A stretch of 52,665 nt of DNA, counting the filler, from Catajapyx aquilonaris (lineage: Eukaryota), in the NCBI GenBank assembly GCA_000934665.2. It is 2 parts of 2 records of this genome, joined end to end, with 100 filler letters (N's around TTAATTAATTAA, not from the genome) between each part and the next. Parts side by side here need not be neighbours in the genome. Positions count along the whole stretch, not along the records: positions 1 to 26,283 come from JYFJ02005226.1; positions 26,384 to 52,665 come from JYFJ02005227.1. The stretch is one strand, 5' to 3'. The translations under genes were made by a program, and so were the position numbers. Below, in pieces: positions 21,401 through 33,338 of this stretch (the stretch's first letter is position 1; each line of letters begins with the position of its first letter). The notes under the pieces are model-generated. The model had not been told where the DNA came from, ran no database searches, and saw only the letters and a list, made by a program, of their open reading frames with translations.

Positions 21401-23559
21401 AACTATAACTATAATAACTATTTTCTTAAGTGAATTAAACACAAAGGACAAGCGTACACTACCTGAGACATGAAGACGGACCTAGGTGGGCCGCTCCTTT
21501 TCATTCTGGGGGCGTGGCCACTAGCGCAGCGCTCCACGTCAGTACCTATAGTTCCGTAACCATTTTGTATTCCAAAATTTCGTTTGTATCACTGGTAGAG
21601 GACACTGTGAGGTGTATTTTGATATCAATGTGATGACAATTGACTGGCACTTTTTTGAAAATGTCATTTGTTTGCAAAAATGTCGCATTTTGACATGAAT
21701 TTGCACAGCTATCGGAAAGTGACTATTTTTGCCGGAAAGAGGAGAAAATTTCACACATTAAACATGTATTACATCATGCATTTACGTTGTAAATGTAATA
21801 GGGGGCCTCTAACTGTGATCCAAGTGCAATTAGCACCTGTAGATAGGCAACCACGCATCAGCGGACCAAATCCTTGTGGGAAAGGTCCTAACGTGACCTG
21901 GACCTAAACATATCTCACACTCATCGACGGGCAAATTTTATCGTGCAAAAGGTGATCACGTTCACGTGGAATTGCCCGATGGCATGGTGGTGTAGTGGTT
22001 AGCACCACAGCCTTCCTCTTCTGAGGTCCTGAGTTCGATCCCTGGGTCCGATAGAGGATACCGTACTTATGTGGATAGACTTTCGACATATTCTCTCCAT
22101 GTTCACTTGGATGTTTTCAGGGCTCTCCCATTTCCTCCCACAATCAAATCCCATTGCAGCACAGGCAGTGATTAAAGTCGGTTATTGAAGAGATGATCCC
22201 CTAAAAGGCCCAACTAGGCCTATCACAGGGTATCCATTATTCTTGAATACCTTATTTCACAAGAAGAAAAGTATAAGCCAGTTAAAGTTTAAACCTGGTT
22301 CACATTAAACACCAATTAGTCAGAAATGAACTGGGTTTATGTTTCTGGGCAGAAAAGTCATCATGGGAGTGTCCTGGCAGTCTTGAATGATCAAATCAGA
22401 CTCCTTGGATGAATCAAGCACGTCATTTCATTATTGGCTGCAGTCTGGAGTAACAAATCAGGGGCTCTTATACTATTTTTGTTGTGGTTGCAGGTTCTCC
22501 AAAAGGGGTGGGTGGGTCCAGATTCTTGAGTAAATTAGTGGGTGGAATGAAGGAGAATTAATAGGGGCAGGAAAAGAGGAGAAGATGTGAAAAAGGTGAA
22601 GGAGTGGGTGGGTGATTGTCACAGTTTGCAATACAATGAGCGCTTTGAATTCGTGGTTTCAATTATTATCTGTGGTTTGAAAATATGAAATAAAAACACT
22701 GGGTTTTTCGTCTTCCTGCTAAGTCCCCATCCTTGGATCTACTATAATTTTGTGTACATAAAATATGAATAAAACTATGCCTAGTTGTGAGGCATCTCAT
22801 ACCTCCCCTGGAGTCTGTCTACAATCATCTCCCCTGGGGAGGCATACCCCACAGGTTAAGTACCGGTACCCCTGATTTAGGGTCTGGGAACAGATTAATT
22901 CACTTTCCATTATTTCTAATGGGGAAAATTGATTTGGAATTCGCACAATTCAAAGTTCAAACAGCCTCCTGGAATAAATTAAGTTCAAAGTATGAGGCAC
23001 TACTGTATGCTAGGGTAGGTACTATCAGCACGGAAATGGTCTGGACACTTGGGTATAGGCTGAGGGTTATGCTGGCCGCCAATCGAGTGCACTAGGTGAT
23101 GCTTGTGCAAGTGTGAGATTTATAACTTTTTGAGAGAAAAGTGCCTATGATCAGGACACTTAGTAATGCCATAGTAAATAGGTAAAGTTATGACAGGTTG
23201 TAGTATGATAAGTTCACATATAGCTAGGGGACGTCCCCACCAAAATCATCCTGTGCATCAGACACCTTGTAGCTTAACTAACTGCAGGACTAACCATGTA
23301 ACTATAAGAATATGCAATTGTGAAGGTGGTTCAACCTAATGAGATTCATGAATGTACACCTACAATCATTTCCTTTTAAATGGTTATACACTATGAAAGT
23401 CATAATGTGAGCATGACATGAAAGGAGGGTTGGGGACCCTTGTATCATTACTATATTACAGAACCTGGACTCATTGAGGTTAGCTCCAATACAGGAGTGT
23501 TACAGGTGATCCCCACTGATGCCCATGGAATAGAGAAACTACTCGGGCCTACTTTGTAA
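18426..23559 (+). CDS. Putative orphan Pro-rich protein, divergent from RRP15
   Basis: CAAAATGG start context. Candidate exons 18426-18489, 18563-18760 and 18831-18887 are joined by 73- and 70-nt phase-1 GT-AG introns. A tentative last exon lies at 23462-23559. No family recognised. Confidence 0.4.
18958..19910. mobile_element. hAT-type MITE with perfect 8-bp TSD
   Basis: attatgaa|cagcaccggatttac ... gtaaatccggcactg|attatgaa. Confidence 0.9.
19251..19718. mobile_element. hAT-type MITE nested in the previous element
   Basis: cactaggc|caggggtattcaact ... agttgaatatccctg|cactaggc. Confidence 0.9.
20098..21977. mobile_element. Composite long-TIR non-autonomous DNA transposon (Sola2-like), three arms
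   Basis: ggcaattccacgtgaacgtgatcaccttttgcac at the left end, with reverse complements ending at about 21354 and at 21977. 21415-21977 is an inverted copy of 20098-20665. A 4-bp duplication gatg lies at 20094-97 and 21978-81. Confidence 0.8.
21978..22241 (+). mobile_element. tRNA-derived SINE, family B
   Basis: TGGTGTAGTGG and GAGTTCGATCCC boxes; colinear with the 16028 copy. Confidence 0.85.
22885..23007. mobile_element. Tigger/pogo-like MITE end fragment
   Basis: ttccattatttctaatggggaaaattgattt...tatgaggcactactg|TA resembles a Tigger-type terminus. Confidence 0.45.
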
Positions 23560-23667
23560 TGATGCAGGCAGTTCATATGGGCTCCTGCAATGAAAAGTTT
23601 CACAGAGCTATCAGTATCATATCACTTTTCCCAATGCCATTTTGTGCAACAGAATATTCATTCAATG

Positions 23668-24225
23668 CCGTATTACCTCTCATAAAGCGACATCCCGGTA
23701 TAAAATGAGGTCGACCAGCATGCCAGTATAACCCGGGGGTGGCCGGCATGCCACAATAATCAATGTAGATTTCCGTAATTTCGATCCTTGCCAAATTTTT
23801 TAAAATGCTTCTGGTACCATACTAAAATAATGTTACAATGAAAATGGGCGAGTGTACAGGCTGTGAGAATATGCAAGTTCTGTTGCACAGTGCATATAAA
23901 AAATGTAGAGTGTGCAACCAATCCCATGGTCAGCCTGCTTTGACAGGAGAACCTCCTGCTCCAACATACTGTTTAAATAGAGATTATTGCCAGACACTGC
24001 AATTGAAAACAATATATGGTACGGGTACTCCATTAGGAAAATGTGCCTTTTCGATAGCCTTTATGTGAATTTCGATTTTCAGGCAAATGTCAAGTTCAGA
24101 AAGGCAATGTAACTTATGTGAAAACCTCGCCTTATACTGGCATGCCGGTATAGCCACCAGATCATGCATTTCTATAACCTGGTCGACCTCAACTACACCG
24201 GCATGCCACTTTATGAGTAATACGG
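23668..24225. mobile_element. MITE with CCGTATTA termini (complete copy)
   Basis: ccgtattacctctcataaag ... ctttatgagtaatacgg; second copy at 9972-10521. Confidence 0.85.
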
Positions 24226-24525
24226 CATATATTTTCATCTCAACACTTCACCCAAAAAATTTCCTCCCAAATATCAAAGGCCCAGTTGCGGCATTCAGAG
24301 TAGACTGGCTTTATTTTTTCTATCGGTATGTTTATTGTTGACAACGATCAGTAAGAAGGATAAATTCCCTCCCATGGTCCATCTTCATAGCTGCAACTGG
24401 AACTTTAGGCCTGGGACGAACATGTGCACTGGACAAGAATATACCGTCGCAATATATTTTGAGTTGGGGCTGGATTTTGAACCCATACACCAGGGCTTCC
24501 CAAACTTGGGGTCGCAAACTTAATA

Positions 24526-24803
24526 CACTGTACTCCCGATTACCCGGGTGCGGATTATACGTGCATCTCCCAAAAAAAAAAATTTTAAATAGAAGTCCAA
24601 AACAATGGGTGGAGTTTTTGTCCCACTGCTAGTTACTGCTAACTTAGCAGTATCAGTAGTTCTTTTAAAACCTCTGAACAGCTCACTTTTACAGTATCTA
24701 GAACCATTTTTCGTTTATCAGTGTTTTCCGATTATCGACACCCATGCAGTCATTAGCGTGGACAAGAGCTAATAACTTGGCATGGATAATCGGGAGTACA
24801 GTG
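24526..24803. mobile_element. Tigger-like MITE, TA TSD
   Basis: TA|cactgtactcccgatta ... taatcgggagtacagtg|TA. A related fragment lies near 42366. Confidence 0.85.
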
Positions 24804-24882
24804 TATTTGGGGTCATGAACTTAATATTTGGGGTTGCAAGGGAGGATAACAAATTATTTCCACAAAATGATTCTACAGTATA

Positions 24883-25464
24883 CAGGGTGTTTCAGAGTCA
24901 TGGGTCAAGCGCACGCGAGGGGGTGGGGAAAAATCGTAGGTGGTGACAACCCCGGTCGGTTTTATGAAACAATTAGAAATACGGCAATAATCAATTTATT
25001 TATTACGGCCGTACGGCATGACGTCACATCCTACTTTCTGTTCAAATTGACTGGCGCAGACTGGCAGGTGCAGTGGCTTGAACTTGGTTCAACAGCTTTT
25101 TAGCCTTGCGGGTTGCACTGTAAAGGGCGTTCTCATGCTATACCGGCAGGGTACTGTACAAAGTAGTGTACTACTGTACAGTAGTGTGTTCAGTACCCTG
25201 CAGGTGTAGCATGAGAGCGCCTTTTTCTGTGCAACCCGCAAGGCTAAAAAGCTGTTGAACCAGGTTCAAGCCACTGCACCTGCCAGTCCGTGCCAGTCAA
25301 TTCGAACAGAAAGTAGGATGTGACGCCACGCCGTATGGCCGTAATAAATAAATTGATTACTGCCGTATTTCTAATTGTTTTATAAAACTGACCGGGGTTG
25401 TCGCCACCTGCGATTTTTCCCCACCCCCTCGCGTGCGCTTGACCTGTGACTCTGAAACACCCTG
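24883..25464. mobile_element. Complete foldback MITE (CAGGGTG termini), TA TSD
   Basis: Almost perfect palindrome with arms of about 280 bp; TA on both sides. Confidence 0.92.
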
Positions 25465-26129
25465 TATATCTTTAAAATTATTCCCATAAGGTCAGTTACA
25501 GAACAATTCAGATACCCGGCAATAGTTGTCAATGATTTTAATTTCACTGGTTACCTGTCTTTTCATGTTGGGGAATGAAAATTTGCACATTTGGGGTCGC
25601 GAATTTTACGAGACGAATTTTTGGGGGTTGCCAACGAAAAAGATTGGGAATCACTGCCATACAGAGATCAGTGGTGACACTTGAGATGGGACGGCCAATA
25701 AAAGAGTTACAATAAGTAATGGTGGTGTAGGGGATCCTTGGGAGGCCACTGCACTACTGGTGTTAGAGGTTTTGCATACACTGCCACTGGTAGCTATATT
25801 ATTCATTTTAGGCTATTTTCACCCAAGGCCACCATGGCAGCATTGCCGCATAAATTAGGCAGTGCTTCTCTGGCGGCATGCTGCAGATTTGTTCACCACG
25901 ACGGAGGTGCTGCCAGCCGAGCATGGTCTCAAAATGCACGTCTGGCGGAACGAAAAGTCGCACGTCTTGTGTGAAAGGCTTCATATGATTCAATGCAAAT
26001 ACATGGCAGCACAGTCGGCTGGTGGCGCCAAAAATCGCCCTGCCTGCCACCAGTACAGGGTGATTACAAATGAATAGTATAATTACAAATGCATATAGCT
26101 CCGTACCTATCAACCGCACATGAACGTGT

Positions 26130-26283
26130 TATACACCAAATGAAAGAGGAGGTTTTAAAGTTTATTTCGTACCTTATCAATGTTCTATATGACTTCCCTT
26201 GGTCACTCGAGAAACGTCAATCCGATAGTGCAATTCCTCCTATACTCGTGCCAGCATGTCCGTTGTCACTGACTCAACCGCAG
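26130..26283 (-). mobile_element. 3' remnant of a Tc1/mariner transposase, running into the gap
   Basis: Minus strand reads DMLARV*EELHYRIDVSRVTKGSHIEH*, a typical transposase C-terminus. Confidence 0.65.
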
Positions 26284-26383
26284 NNNNNNNNNNNNNNNNN
26301 NNNNNNNNNNNNNNNNNNNNNNNNNNNTTAATTAATTAANNNNNNNNNNNNNNNNNNNNNNNNNNNNNNNNNNNNNNNNNNNN
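26284..26383. other. Assembly gap with artificial TTAATTAATTAA spacer
   Basis: 100-bp block of N runs with ttaattaattaa at 26328-26339, giving stops in all six frames. Confidence 0.9.
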
Positions 26384-26994
26384 TCTACGTATTAATTCCG
26401 TAAGTACGGCATAAACTATTCAAATTCGCGCGTGTTCTTGCCGTGAAGTGCCATGGCCGCCGCCAAAACCATCAAAGATGGCGGACCTTTACGGCCTGCC
26501 TGTACCCTATTTACACCTAGTTGGCCCCGTTTCAAAATGGCCGCCAGCCTTGGCTCCAAACAGAGAGACGCGCGAATCGAATGTTTGCGCCTCTTATGTA
26601 GTATATGCTCCCTGTCCTGGCTCTCCCTTATTATAATCGCCTTTGACTTCAAAGCGTGCGACATGACCCTTCTCCTTCGTGGCACCGGAGAGAGCTACAG
26701 ACGCGGTGAAAGGCGACCGCGACCGGGCAGCCGGGACGAGCGACTCGCGACCGGACGCAGGTGGTGTGGCTTTGGAACATCGCCTTTTGGCTGTATTTTC
26801 ACCCTGCTAACGTGGAAATTAGTAACGAAGGTGATGTTTTCTCGGCACTATAGGCCATGCCGAATTCAAAAATTCAAAAATTTTCAAAATTCAGGAGGGA
26901 AAGAAGAGTCACTTTGGTTGTCAGGACATCAGATTGGGATGAATATCAGGAAATGGCAGTCATAAAGAGAAAAGAGTCAACTGTGTGAAATCTT

Positions 26995-27140
26995 GACCGA
27001 AACAGGTTGGTGTAGTGGATATGGAGTCCGCCTGCTAATCGGGAGGTCCTGGGTTCGAATCCCGGGGCCGGCGACCCTGACCGTGGTTTTCTGTGGTTTC
27101 CCACGGTCCCCCCAGGATAATTCCGGGGTCGTTTCCGTAA
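26995..27140 (+). mobile_element. tRNA-derived SINE, family C
   Basis: TGGTGTAGTGG and GGTTCGAATCCC boxes followed by ggttttctgtggtttcc. Confidence 0.75.
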
Positions 27141-27535
27141 AATTACATTAATCTTATCTATAGTGTCATACATGCATGATGGGAGGGTGGGAGGGACTGC
27201 AAAGGAGATGCATAATTATGGGCGTAGGCAGGGTGGCATGCACCTCCTCCCCATGAAAATGCGAAAAACATACACAAAAAAAGTCCGGATGTAATAATTA
27301 GTAGCTTGCTGGCTTTGGTATAAAAATTTCAATATCAGTAAATTTTTGGTAAATTTTGGCCCCAATCCATCCCTCGACTAAGGTCCTAGCTATGCCAATG
27401 GAGATGCATCCAACTGAAATAATTTATAGACAAGGAAATATTTAATGATAACTTCACTGTTTCTTTACAAGTCAGTAGCAGAGTACATAACCTGATATCA
27501 TAATATATTGATACTACAGGCAGAAGTTAACTTAC

Positions 27536-30500
27536 CAACAAGGTCCTGCCAAGTGAAGAAACGGTCTCTTTTGTACTTGGTGTAGTACATGTCCTTAAAG
27601 AACACGTGTATGACCATACGGGTGTTCACACTGTCATGGAAAGTAACATTAACACTGCTGTGGAGCATGCAACAGGGCCAACATGAGCTCTTGTGAAGGT
27701 ATCATTATTCATTACCTGTCTTGAGGATCAGCAAAAGTGAATTGATCTCCAGGCGATATTTTAGCTTCTGACAGCTCAGAGTAGAAGCTTACTGATGAAC
27801 ATGAGGGTTTGCAATGGCATTTCATTGCACTCACATTCTTATTCATCATGCCTGTTATCTCTACATCGGCAGACATGAGAGAGTTGAATGAAGCTGTAAT
27901 GGAAGAGAAGTGTTTTGATAGCATTTTCATACAAATTGCACATGCATAATGCAATATGCCATTATTAATCTTGCATGCAAAGGCTCTAAATAGAGTATAG
28001 TGTCAACATGTACAAGTACAAGTACAAAATGCAAATCAGATTATTTCACCATATCTGTATACAATATTTGATTCATTCAATGTGATCTCTTGCTATGTTA
28101 TACACCTTTTTCCAAACTTGTGGGAGCTGCTGGATTCCTTCACCTGAGTGTTTCCTATTGATATGAGAAAACGTCCTGTATGCTGATTGAAGAGCTCTCG
28201 CATCACATCATGAACGGCACTATCTATCTTGCGATCGTCAAGTGCAGAGGGATTGGGACCATATGGGCTTCCCAAGGGCCCCAATGAGACATTATTTTGC
28301 AGTTTTACCTCATGCAACCTGGATCTCGTTTTAATTTTGCGAATATGCTTTAGACTGTTGTACACCGAGACGTTGACTTTTGATGACTTTTCCACTAAAG
28401 GGCACTTGTTAGAATGGGATTTGTCGACATCTGAGTACGTACCGTCGTGAATACATCTAGCAGGGGTACCGTTGTTTACATTCATGATATGCTATTATGC
28501 CCGGTACTGTACATACTCGCCGGAAAAGTTAAAACGCCATATTGAGCTTGGCAGCAATTTTTTATCAATGTGACGAAAGAGAGAAGATCGTGCTACTTTT
28601 AGCAGAGTGGGAAAAGGTCATAATGAACGTTTACTTGATTTTGGATATCTCCTGCCACCTGTCCACCTTGTGCTATATATTATTAGAAGCTATTCCGTAC
28701 TTGCCCCATTACCGCACTTGCCCCAACTTACCCTAGATCAGTTGTTCCCAAACTATTTTTCTTTTCTTTGTACCCCTGCACATCTAGCAGTTGTACCCCC
28801 GTTCCGACCTGTTACCTGGAAATAGTATGGGAGAGTGCTGTACCATGGAACACTTTTTCAACATTTATTTTTATTTAGTAAAGTTGTTCATGTTTTTAAC
28901 ATATGAAACTGTCCATGTATACAGGGTGATTCTCTCGAATGGAAACCCAAACATTCCTCAATAACTTTTTAACTATGGTATGGTTCCCGATGAAAATGGA
29001 CATGTAGGCCCTACTTACCTTGTATCATGACAAACAAGGTCTGACTAAGGAATTTACCAAAAGTGGTCCCCTCCAGCATCCTGGAATTTTTTAATCCGAG
29101 TGTGCATATTGCCGAAGACTCCTGCAGATTGAAGACGGCGATCCCATCCCTCTCCCACCTGCCCGCGTGCTTGGCGAGAGGGGATCTCAAGGCAACGGTC
29201 CGTTGCCTTGAGATCCCCTCTCGCCAAGCACTTCATTCTTATTGAAGCATAATAATAGGGTTCCCACAAATGCAGAGATTGGACGCCATGGCACGATGTC
29301 TTTCGCGTCCCCCCAAATTAATTGTGTTGCGTGTACCCAGTTTGAAAACCACTGGGCGCTAGATGAATAAATATTCACGAACACCTTGTATAATAATTAT
29401 ATAAATTGTGTACCATTCTCCTATACTCCTAGAGACTTCGACTATGAAAATATGAGAATGAGGATGCGATACTTACTCACGTTCTCAATCAAGCACTTGA
29501 GGTATTTGGACAAGTCTTCTACGGATTTTGCTTCCGCTTGGTTTTCTGAAATTATAGGAAAGCAGTCATGCCACATTGAGTATGTCCGATAAAAAGCACT
29601 AAATATGACCATTATCTGAATGAATTTGATCATATTTAAAGTCCCGAAACAAGGACCTGTAACTCCCACCTACAATAATTATTTATATGCTTATGAGAAA
29701 CTGTACAGTACTGTACATGTATACTAGAAGGTGGATCTTCTTACCGCGGAGGTTTCCATAGTAGTAAGGCACGTACTTGCACATCTCATCCATGGTTCTC
29801 ACCATGCACTCGACAATGCAGTTTTCATACGTGTACAGCCTGTGATAATTGAGCTGTTTCTCGTTCAAAAAGTAGCATTTGCGATTGTCCGGTGTCAGTC
29901 CACGGGTGCGCTTCTCCGTTTCAATACCGGTTGCCGAGACGGAAATGAAGGCCTCTGTACCTACATTGACTGCAGTTCCTTTTCTCAGGACGAAAGGAAA
30001 CTCAGCAGGATGGTGCGCCAATACCAGGACACCTTCAAAGTCGTGGGTGGTGGCGTAGTAATCGGATACCATGGCATCCACCTCAAGGGTTAGACCCATG
30101 TGCACACCGCATCCGTTCACGTGCTTCATCTTGTGTCGAAGCTGCTCCTCGTCCTCTTTTCTGTCAGAATTAATGACCATATGGTAATACTGTACATACT
30201 GTATAATTATGATGTTGAGGAGAATTACCAAATATGAGGTATAAGATGCAAAGTGATCTACTGTATGTTCAAAAATTAAAATTTCTGAGATACGACTTCC
30301 ATCATGCGAGGAAACTTCCAAGCTAGTGACCCTACTAGTAGTCCATTTTAAGTTGTCCGGAAAATATTTTTGTGCAGAATAAAAAAATTAGTTTTTCTTG
30401 TACGTTCCAAAGTGACCTATATTGGCCAAAGAGCGTTTAATACCCGCAGTAATTTTTGAAGTCATCATCTCACTATTTCTTGCTGATAAAAATAGTCCTC

Positions 30501-33338
30501 TGGTGAACACTGATAACATATCCCGCAGTGGGCACCACAAACAGTACGTAAAGCGAAATGGTCGCATCAGAAAATAAGCTCTCCTGAAATATTCCTTCCA
30601 TCTCGAGAAAGATCACTTTGCCTCTCACCTCCTCATATCTTGTTGTTATCGCTTTAGCAGAAGTACATGGAAAGATCACATTCATGAGCTCTCGTGATGG
30701 AGCGTTGTACTGCTATCCGTTATGCAACAGCAACCTTACCGGGCGTGTAGCATAACGTACAGGCGCAAAAAGGCAAAGCGATGTTGAAAAAAAAATGTTG
30801 TTGAATATAGGTTGTCAGTTCATTGGAAATAAGTCCCCTGTCTCCGAAGGGATAAGAAAAAAAGAAAGCTCGCTGCAGCACCATTAGCATAATTATTGTA
30901 GCTAGACATGACGCGAAACCTACAGGGAGTGATGGAAACAAAAGAAAATAAGATATTGTACTATGATTATAGCGCACTTCTCTGCCATATTCTGATTGTC
31001 GGCTTGATTGTAGTTGAAGGAATAGCACAATCCTGTGTCAGTTTTCGTCATTGTTAATATTTCGCTGCAGTTATCTTTCACTTCGCCGAGCCAGTAGCAC
31101 TTTAAGAACATCTTCTCCTTGGAAGGCATAAGCTGCACGTATGACAAGAAAAAATGAGTCAACAGTTCAATATGTTACAAAGACAGAAAAAATATCCTTA
31201 ATAATTCCAGTCCGTCGTTTCTCCATTATTACTATAATAATCCATTGCAACTTTTTAGCGTACAATGTTAACAGAAATAATATTAAAATCTTGCTTGCTA
31301 GCAAAAAACTGTATATTATGTACAAAATAATATTAACTTCACCGGACCTTAATGATAGGCTATTTCACAATATACCACAAAATCTTACCCATTTTCCTTT
31401 CCTTATGTATATCCTTTCTCCATTATCTAGATCCGGAAAGAGGCAGAGCTTTATGCGAAAGGCTGACCACTACTCTTTCAAGTGCACATCTGATTACGAT
31501 TACTCGCAATTAATTTGAGTAGTCATTTCCCGTATAGGGAAACATCGGAAATCATTTTTGTAATTATGTGAAAATACACAACTAAGTGATTACAAGAGTA
31601 TAGACAACCCTTCGGTTTTGAGCTAATTGCCTGTCTGGCGAATATCCGTCGATATCTGTTGTCGTCTGTTAATGACTTATTTGTGAGCCAGTGACTCACA
31701 AGCAAAAGTACATACACTTTGAGTTAAAGGAATCTTCATTACATTCTTAAATGTAAACGGAAATTTTAATTGTCTTATTTACAATCCATAGAGGATGGCA
31801 AAAAACCTTTAAAACTTTTTAGTGCAGCTAAAAGTACACTCTCTATAAAAATGATGGAGATGAGCCATATACGGACGCAGAGGAGCCAATAACTGATGAT
31901 TTCATTGTAAATCCGGTGACGTGTCTACTCCAAGGCGAATATGCACGGATATAATAAAGTTAACGGACATAACAATCACTGACGTCCTGTATCGTTCCAA
32001 TATGAGCTATTACTGTACTCATACAATAAAATCGATTGGATTACGCACTTACTCTCTGCATAATATCCAAAAAGGGTGCTTCCATCTTCTTTTTAATTTC
32101 AGCGAGTTTCCTTATATCATCATCAGTTTCGTTGCTCTGGGACATAAGCAGCGGAAACTCAGCCATAAAGTGCAATGCTGACTTAAAGGCTGTTTCATCA
32201 TTCTGCAATCTGCAACAGATATTATTTTGCTTGCTTCATTTTCCACGTAGTGATGCAGGGATGAGTCTATTCTCGAAAATTCGTACGTACTTTGCATCTC
32301 GCATGAGCTGCTCTGCAGCTATCTTGGAGACTTTGTTGGTGTTGCAGATGGTCACCGCAGGAAAAGGTATGTCCCAAATTGGTTCATTGGTAGATACGAC
32401 TGTTATCATTATTTGGGCCTGGTTGTACTTCTGCAACATGATGGCAATGAAGTAGCAGGCACCGCATAACGATGCAGCCCAGCACACGAACCATATTATC
32501 CTGAAGCAAAAATGATCCAGATCAATGCAGCCTAAATGCCATTTAACTAAAAAAACTTCCATAGCTTTACCAGTAATTTTGAGATACGGTACGAGCAAGA
32601 ATTTTGTGTGGTACAGTTTAAAGTTCAAGTGTGTGTCTGTGTGTGTGTGGGGGGGGGGGGNGTTGTCTAGATCAGTGTCCTCATAATGTGTCACTAAAAA
32701 TTATAACCCGACTAGGGGCAACCCCCCCCCCCCCCCAATAGGTATGTACTACCTAAGAAAAGGGGTAATAAATACATAAAATACATAAAATAAAGTTTAA
32801 ATGTGGCATTTTACGAATTTATCTGATAAACAATTATCTCCCTGTAATCCTTGCTGAACTATTTATACATGGTGATCCAAAATACTGGTTCTATTGTTGT
32901 GCGATTATTTTTGCACTGATCTGCTTATTATTAAGCGGTTACTTTAGCGGTTATGAAAAGTATTAGCTGATACTATTAGGTTGTAGATACATGAAGTACA
33001 TTCGAGGACTAAAATGTTAAAAACAACATAATTATAACTTACAGTATAATCACGTATGTAATGATGATGCTATTGTTGCAGATTATTATTATAGATGATA
33101 ATTACCTCTCAATAGTCGAATTCTCTTGCAAGTAGTGCATTCCATGGAGCGATGTCGTCTTGAGAAAGTCCCGAAGACTATCTTTACACACTGTTTTCAA
33201 GCTGACCTTCTCCCTGTTGGGATTTCTGGCTATATCCACGTCCTGTTTGACTTTGGGAAAATACCCCTGGTTCTGGTAATATGTTAACCAGTTAGAGGAA
33301 TTGCTGATGTTGCCATGATAGTGGCCCTGCTTGGACAT
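27536..33338 (-). CDS. ppk: Pickpocket / DEG-ENaC channel subunit A; eight exons found, TM2 exon not found
   Basis: Exons 33338-33106, 32500-32291, 32209-32053, 31132-30978, 30160-29745, 29545-29477, 27893-27716 and 27630-27536 join in frame (about 504 aa). Motifs TSLHG, TM1, PFPAVTICN, TDTGLCYSFN, YTYENCIVEC, CHCKPSC and HVFFKD. Confidence 0.85.

Larger units (their letters stand above)
24491..25656. mobile_element. hAT-type MITE hosting two nested insertions
   Basis: ccatacac|cagggcttcccaaact ... agattgggaatcactg|ccatacag (7/8 TSD match). Confidence 0.75.

Noticed and set aside
26453..26965. 170-aa plus-strand ORF
   Set aside because: Explained by local GC richness; no domain or splice support.
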